Both the position numbers and the translations under genes were made by a program. A DNA stretch of 64,000 nucleotides from the NCBI GenBank assembly GCA_963662465.1, contig OY759599.1:320001-384000 (forward strand), in the 5' to 3' direction. The notes beneath the pieces were generated by a model, which did no database searches, was not told the DNA's origin, and saw only the letters and a list, made by a program, of their open reading frames with translations. Positions 59,350-64,000 of this stretch are shown piece by piece; the first letter of the stretch is position 1, and each line of letters begins with the position of its first letter. The DNA comes from Desulfatiglandales bacterium. Lineage in GTDB: Bacteria; Desulfobacterota; DSM-4660; Desulfatiglandales; Desulfatiglandaceae.

Positions 59350-60831
59350 TTGGCAGCAGTGAGTCCGTTTCTTTTTTCGTGGAATGATGTCGAAGCACGC
59401 TCGGATTTGGACCGTTTCTATCTGGTGCGCGATAATCTGCCTGATGAGAATATTGTAGCGGCACTTGAAAAGCGTCGCGGCAATGGGAGAGATGATTTTC
59501 CGATACGCGCAATGTGGAACGCGCTTATTGCGGGAGTCGTGTTCCAGCATGCATCCATTGAATCTTTGATTCGCGAATTGTCCAGGAATCCGGCGTTATT
59601 AGAGGCATGCGGATTTGATATTCTGCCGAGGCAAAAAAAACCGGTAGCTGAACTGAGACGCAATGAGGAAACGGGCCGAATGGAAATCATACGGTCTGAG
59701 AGCGGAAATGCATATTTTTTGGTTCCAGGTAGTTGGAATTTCTCAAGATTTTTAAGGAGCGTCATAGAACTGGAAGAATATGGTAATATGGTCAGCGGCA
59801 TGGTGCGTGGGCTTCGAGAATCCTTAATGACAGAACTCCCTGATTTTGGTTGTCATTTAGGGTATGACGGCAAGGCTATCAACAGTTATAGTACGGGACA
59901 AGAAAGCCGGAAAACCGGTGAAACCTCCGATACGGATGCAGATTGGGGCAAGCATGAAACGAAAGGGACAGACAGTAAAACCGGAAAGCAGTGGACAAAA
60001 GTAAAAAGCTGGTTTGGATATGGCCTTCATTTGATCGCTGATACCCTATATGAAATTCCGGTGGCAGTTCATGTAACACCTGCCTCGCATTCGGAACACA
60101 AGGAACTGCGAAGCATGATCAAAGAAATTTTTGAGGAAACACCGCAGCTTGGCGAGCGCTGTGATGATTTTGTGGCGGACCGTGGTTTGGATTCCGGCAA
60201 AACTAAGGCTCAGCTGTTGGATGAATATGGGATTCGGCCCGGCATTGATACCCGTGAACTGTGGAGAGATGAAAAGAATGAGCCGGGATACGATCCTGCA
60301 AAACCGATCACACGACCTCTTTATCCTGACCGGGCAGATACCATTGTGTATACTGAGAAAGGGACAGTCCATTGTATTTGTCCGGCTACTGGAGAACAGC
60401 GGGACATGGCTTTTTGTGGCTTTGAAAAAAATCGCAATACCCTGAAATATCGTTGTCCCGCAGCTGCAAACGGCTTTTCCTGTGAAGGATGTGGAGAGTG
60501 TTCATCTGCGGGGCAAGTTAATCCCGGAGATTATGGGCGAATTGTCAGAATAAATATCACTGAGGAAGATCGGCGAATCTTCACACCCATTCCCTATGGT
60601 ACGCAGGGTTGGGACCGAGCGTATAATCGGCGTTCTTCTTTGGAGAGAATCAACAGTCGGATCGATAATGATTTTGGTTTTGAGAAACATTACATACGCG
60701 GCCAAGCCAAAATGCAAACAAGAGTTTGCTTGGCCACCGCCGTAATGATGGCAATGGCCCTTGGTCATGTAAGGGCTGGCCGTATTGAGCAAATGCGCTC
60801 CCTTGTACGGCCAATAGCCAGAGCCGCCTAA
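59350..60831 (+). CDS. DDE transposase (IS4/IS5/IS1182-like)
   Basis: RGNGRDDFP, YDGKAI, WFGYGLH, VADRGLD, YNRRSSLERINSR; start codon uncertain. Confidence 0.88.
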   Translation: MAAVSPFLFSWNDVEARSDLDRFYLVRDNLPDENIVAALEKRRGNGRDDFPIRAMWNALIAGVVFQHASIESLIRELSRNPALLEACGFDILPRQKKPVAELRRNEETGRMEIIRSESGNAYFLVPGSWNFSRFLRSVIELEEYGNMVSGMVRGLRESLMTELPDFGCHLGYDGKAINSYSTGQESRKTGETSDTDADWGKHETKGTDSKTGKQWTKVKSWFGYGLHLIADTLYEIPVAVHVTPASHSEHKELRSMIKEIFEETPQLGERCDDFVADRGLDSGKTKAQLLDEYGIRPGIDTRELWRDEKNEPGYDPAKPITRPLYPDRADTIVYTEKGTVHCICPATGEQRDMAFCGFEKNRNTLKYRCPAAANGFSCEGCGECSSAGQVNPGDYGRIVRINITEEDRRIFTPIPYGTQGWDRAYNRRSSLERINSRIDNDFGFEKHYIRGQAKMQTRVCLATAVMMAMALGHVRAGRIEQMRSLVRPIARAA

Positions 60832-60936
60832 TCCAATTTATTTAAAATAGTTATAAATAAATGATTTAATTTAAAAGCATAGGAATTTCCATTTTTGATT
60901 TGGCATATCAAATAGTTGTTGCAGTGATGGCATTAA

Positions 60937-62271
60937 ATGTGTCAAAAAAAGCACATTATGCATATGCCATCAAACCAAAAAATTGATAAGGAGACTTTCC
61001 GGACGATTTTTATTGATCATTGGGAATCATTCAAAGAGCATCATCCAGGGTATGATAATTCGCAATATGAAGATCCGGTTCAGAAAATGCTTGGTTGCGG
61101 CAAGGAAAGCGCCGGATATAGCGAGCACCGGTGTGTTTATTGCGGTGGTGATGTTCGCCGGATAGGTTTTAGTTGCAAGAGCTGTTTTTGTTTATCCTGC
61201 GCCAAGAAATATGTTGACGATTTTGTCAGTCAAGTGAGTAGGGTGCTTCATGGGGGCATGAATTACCGTCACATTGTTTTGACAATTCCCGAGCAACTGA
61301 GAATCGTTTTTTATAAGGCTCGAAATGATGGACGTTTGTTATCGGCTTTTATGAGATGCGGGTACGAATGTTTGGAGGATGTTGTCGGAACGGTTCTTCG
61401 GCGGAAACTGAAAATAGGAACGATCGTCGTTGTTCAAACGCATGGTCGATCCGGTCATTATAATCCGCATTTGCATATCATCATGACAAGCGGTGGGATA
61501 AATGAAGATCTGTGCGGTTGGTTTGATTTAAGGTTCTTCAAGTATGAGATTATACATAAGAAATGGCAGTATCATCTATTCAGAATGCTCAAGTCCCATT
61601 TTAACAGCAGTGCGGTCGATAAACTTATTGATGAGCTGTGGAAAAAATACCCTAAAGGTTTGGTAGCCAATGTGAGCAAGGGTAATGTTCCTGAGACATG
61701 TGGGGGTCTGGCGCGATATTTGGCGAAATATGTTGCATCTCCTCCGATAGCTCTGAGACGGATAATCAGTTATGATGGCCAATATGTTACCTATTGGTAC
61801 AATGATCACATGACAAAATCCAGGAAGGTTGAAACCGTGGAAGTGGATGTTTTTATCGGTCGAATGGTTCAACACATAATGCCCAAAGGGTTCCAGCGGG
61901 TTCGTTATTATGGGCTACAGGCTACGAAAACTTTTAAGAAATGGTCGGAAGTAATACGGAAAGGGATGAAGGCTTTGGGGCGTGGGATTAAAGGAACGTA
62001 TCAAGTCGTAAAAGCGAAAAGATATCGAGAACGTTATAAGGAGATCAGCTCTCAAGATCCTTTTTTGTGTCGTTATTGTGGCCATGAAATGGTGCTATGG
62101 AAGATATGGCATCCAAAATATGGAGTTTTATATGACGAATATGAAAACATCAAAAACGACAGGTACGGCACGGTTACAGGACAAAATGACAGCGGGGGTG
62201 GAAGGCGAGGACTTCCCGTTCGGCCCTCCTCCGGAGGAATATCCTTACCGTTGTTCCCATTGCCGGCATGA
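60937..62271 (+). CDS. IS91-family rolling-circle (HUH/Y2) transposase
   Basis: Zinc-binding CGK..C..C..SCKSCFCLSC, YRHIVLTIP, NPHLHII, YLAKY, RYYG. Confidence 0.92.
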   Translation: MCQKKHIMHMPSNQKIDKETFRTIFIDHWESFKEHHPGYDNSQYEDPVQKMLGCGKESAGYSEHRCVYCGGDVRRIGFSCKSCFCLSCAKKYVDDFVSQVSRVLHGGMNYRHIVLTIPEQLRIVFYKARNDGRLLSAFMRCGYECLEDVVGTVLRRKLKIGTIVVVQTHGRSGHYNPHLHIIMTSGGINEDLCGWFDLRFFKYEIIHKKWQYHLFRMLKSHFNSSAVDKLIDELWKKYPKGLVANVSKGNVPETCGGLARYLAKYVASPPIALRRIISYDGQYVTYWYNDHMTKSRKVETVEVDVFIGRMVQHIMPKGFQRVRYYGLQATKTFKKWSEVIRKGMKALGRGIKGTYQVVKAKRYRERYKEISSQDPFLCRYCGHEMVLWKIWHPKYGVLYDEYENIKNDRYGTVTGQNDSGGGRRGLPVRPSSGGISLPLFPLPA

Positions 62272-62422
62272 AATGAAGGTAAATGAAGCGATAATAGACG
62301 TCGAGATTGCAAAAGCAGAATATGAAGGAAGGAATGTGGAAGGCTTTATGCCCATTCTCGGTTGCCCTCAGTGCAATCGAGAAACAATGAAATATGCGCA
62401 AGGTAGAAAGCCCGCGCGTTAG
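62186..62422 (+). CDS. Small zinc-ribbon protein overlapping the IS91 transposase 3' end
   Basis: CSHC and CPQC; AGGA RBS before ATG 62186. Confidence 0.55.
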   Translation: MTAGVEGEDFPFGPPPEEYPYRCSHCRHEMKVNEAIIDVEIAKAEYEGRNVEGFMPILGCPQCNRETMKYAQGRKPAR

Positions 62423-62702
62423 CGCGCTAAGTTCAATTTAAAGGGATTAGCATGTCCAATTATCGGGTTTTTGGGGTATGTCTTTGGAAACCATAATATT
62501 CTGCTGCCATGTCGCCCTCTCAGACCTCGCGCCCGCGTTTTTTTGGGGCCCAGAACACCCCCGGTACGGCACAAAAACGGTACAGCGCAAACCTCTCTTT
62601 ATGCTTTCCATATCCCCCTGAAAATGATACCCATTTAAACCGGAATGGTGAGAGTATTGACGCTTCTGGTCGAAAACGGGATCAAGAGGGAGGGTAAAAC
62701 GC

Positions 62703-63965
62703 ATGGGACGGGAAAAACTGCATTATGGCTGGATCGTTATTTTCATGGGGTTGCTGACCACCATCGCTGCCCACGGATTCGGCCGTATGGCCTACACCAT
62801 CATCCTGCCCGCCATGAAAGATGGCCTTCAGTTTGACTATACGCAGCTGGGGCTTCTGGGGACCGGCAATTTCATCGGTTATCTGACCATGGCCATTATC
62901 GGCGGGTTTCTGGCGGCTCGCTTCGGCACACGCATTGTCATCACCCTCGCCCTGGTTCTCATGGGAATTACGATGCTGCTGACCGGGCTTGCGGAAACCT
63001 TCGGGTTCGCCTTTGCCATGCGTCTCATGACGGGTCTGGGGAACGGCGCCGCCTTTGTGCCCGCCATGGCTCTGGGGAGCGCCTGGTTTTCGATAGAAAA
63101 ACGGGGGTTTGCCACGGGAATCGTTTCGGCGGGCATCGGGGCGGGGACCCTCGTCAGCGGTCTTGTGGTGCCGCCCATACTGCAGGCATTCGGCACGGAT
63201 GGGTGGCGCATTTCCTGGTATATTCTGGGTGGGGGGGTCCTGGTGATTTCAGGGGTGGTGTTCCTGTTTATCCGCAGTCGTCCGGAAGAAAAGGGACTGT
63301 TGCCGGTGGGGGTTCGGAACGCGGATGGCGGAACGGTTGATGCCGCGCCTAAAAGCAAGGTCTCTTCCCTTGACTGGACAAAGGTTTACCGGATGCCCGC
63401 CGTTTGGTATCTGGGCCTCGTCTATTTTTTTTACGGCCTCTCCTATATCATCTATATGGTGTTTTTTGCCGCCTATCTGGTGAAGGAAATCGGCCTTTCC
63501 CAAGCCTGGGCCGGGTCATTGTGGGCTATGGTCGGGGGGTTGAGCGTGTTTTGCGGCGTTATCTGGGGCAGTATATCGGACCGGCTGGGTCGAAGCCGGG
63601 GCGCCGCCCTGGCCTATTTGGTGCTGGGTGTTTCCTATATCATTTACGCGCTGGTCAGGGTTAAATTTGGGTTTTATCTGTCCGCCATACTGTTCGGCTT
63701 TACCGCCTGGAGCATTCCCACCATCATGGCGGCGGCCGCCGGCGACCTTGTGGGACCGCGGCTTGCGCCGGCGGGTCTGGGATTTGTGACCCTGTTTTTC
63801 GGCATCGGCCAGGCCCTGGGACCGGTACTGGGGGGATATATCGCTGATGTAACCCAGTCCTTCACCATTCCGTTTCTCGTGGCAGGAGGGATTTCACTGG
63901 TGGGCATGGTCTTTTCATTAAAGATCGGCAACTTTGCATCGGCTCAGGGGTCAGCGTCTGTCTGA
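62703..63965 (+). CDS. MFS transporter (YbfB/YjiJ-like)
   Basis: About 12 TM helices; GFGRMAYT, AARFG, SDRLGR. Confidence 0.9.
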   Translation: MGREKLHYGWIVIFMGLLTTIAAHGFGRMAYTIILPAMKDGLQFDYTQLGLLGTGNFIGYLTMAIIGGFLAARFGTRIVITLALVLMGITMLLTGLAETFGFAFAMRLMTGLGNGAAFVPAMALGSAWFSIEKRGFATGIVSAGIGAGTLVSGLVVPPILQAFGTDGWRISWYILGGGVLVISGVVFLFIRSRPEEKGLLPVGVRNADGGTVDAAPKSKVSSLDWTKVYRMPAVWYLGLVYFFYGLSYIIYMVFFAAYLVKEIGLSQAWAGSLWAMVGGLSVFCGVIWGSISDRLGRSRGAALAYLVLGVSYIIYALVRVKFGFYLSAILFGFTAWSIPTIMAAAAGDLVGPRLAPAGLGFVTLFFGIGQALGPVLGGYIADVTQSFTIPFLVAGGISLVGMVFSLKIGNFASAQGSASV

Positions 63966-64000
63966 TGCCATCCCAGGGCCTTCAGCGCTTTGTAGGCATG

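Noticed and set aside
58900..60900. TIRs and TSD for the 59350-60831 transposase
   Set aside because: GGAATTT(T)CC-like motifs near 58985, 59217 and 60882 do not form a convincing inverted pair with a duplication.
52722..62700. attR and right boundary of element 3
   Set aside because: No further tRNA 3' fragment was found by eye; the boundary is deleted or unrecognisable.

Overview
Bacterial chromosome segment, probably from a Desulfobacterota/deltaproteobacterium (inferred from gene content). 1-13.6 kb is housekeeping: a 3' part of dnaK, a CoA-transferase, a homocysteine-synthesis protein, kdsA-kdsC-lptCAB-rpoN-hpf-ptsN-PTS IIA, gap, tpiA, secG and tRNA-Leu(GAG). The 3' end of the tRNA is repeated at 33554 and 49540, marking three integrative elements stacked in tandem. 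Element 1 (13557-33612, about 15.4 kb without its two IS) is a phage satellite. It has an integrase, repressor/Cro/AlpA-like regulators, a primase-helicase with an iteron origin, an SF2 helicase, an S49 protease with scaffold-like repeats, a lambda-like cos site, and TerS plus TerL, but no recognisable capsid, portal or tail genes. It also carries the most unusual feature of the window: five co-oriented phage gene fragments, each containing a different palindrome, plus four related palindromes in the linkers (16627-18085). Element 2 (33584-49568, about 7.3 kb core) has a divergent integrase, a resolvase remnant split by a group II intron, and a repeat-flanked cassette of two secreted proteins (dockerin-like and cohesin-like). 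It also holds an IS1634 element interrupted by a 4.7-kb IS21-like transposon encoding ParB-like and other accessory proteins. Element 3 (from 49540) is a decayed relative of element 1, followed by IS elements, hicAB remnants, a large hypothetical gene, an IS91-type transposase and an MFS transporter. No CRISPR array or rRNA was seen. Family assignments come from motif recognition by eye; no database search was run.
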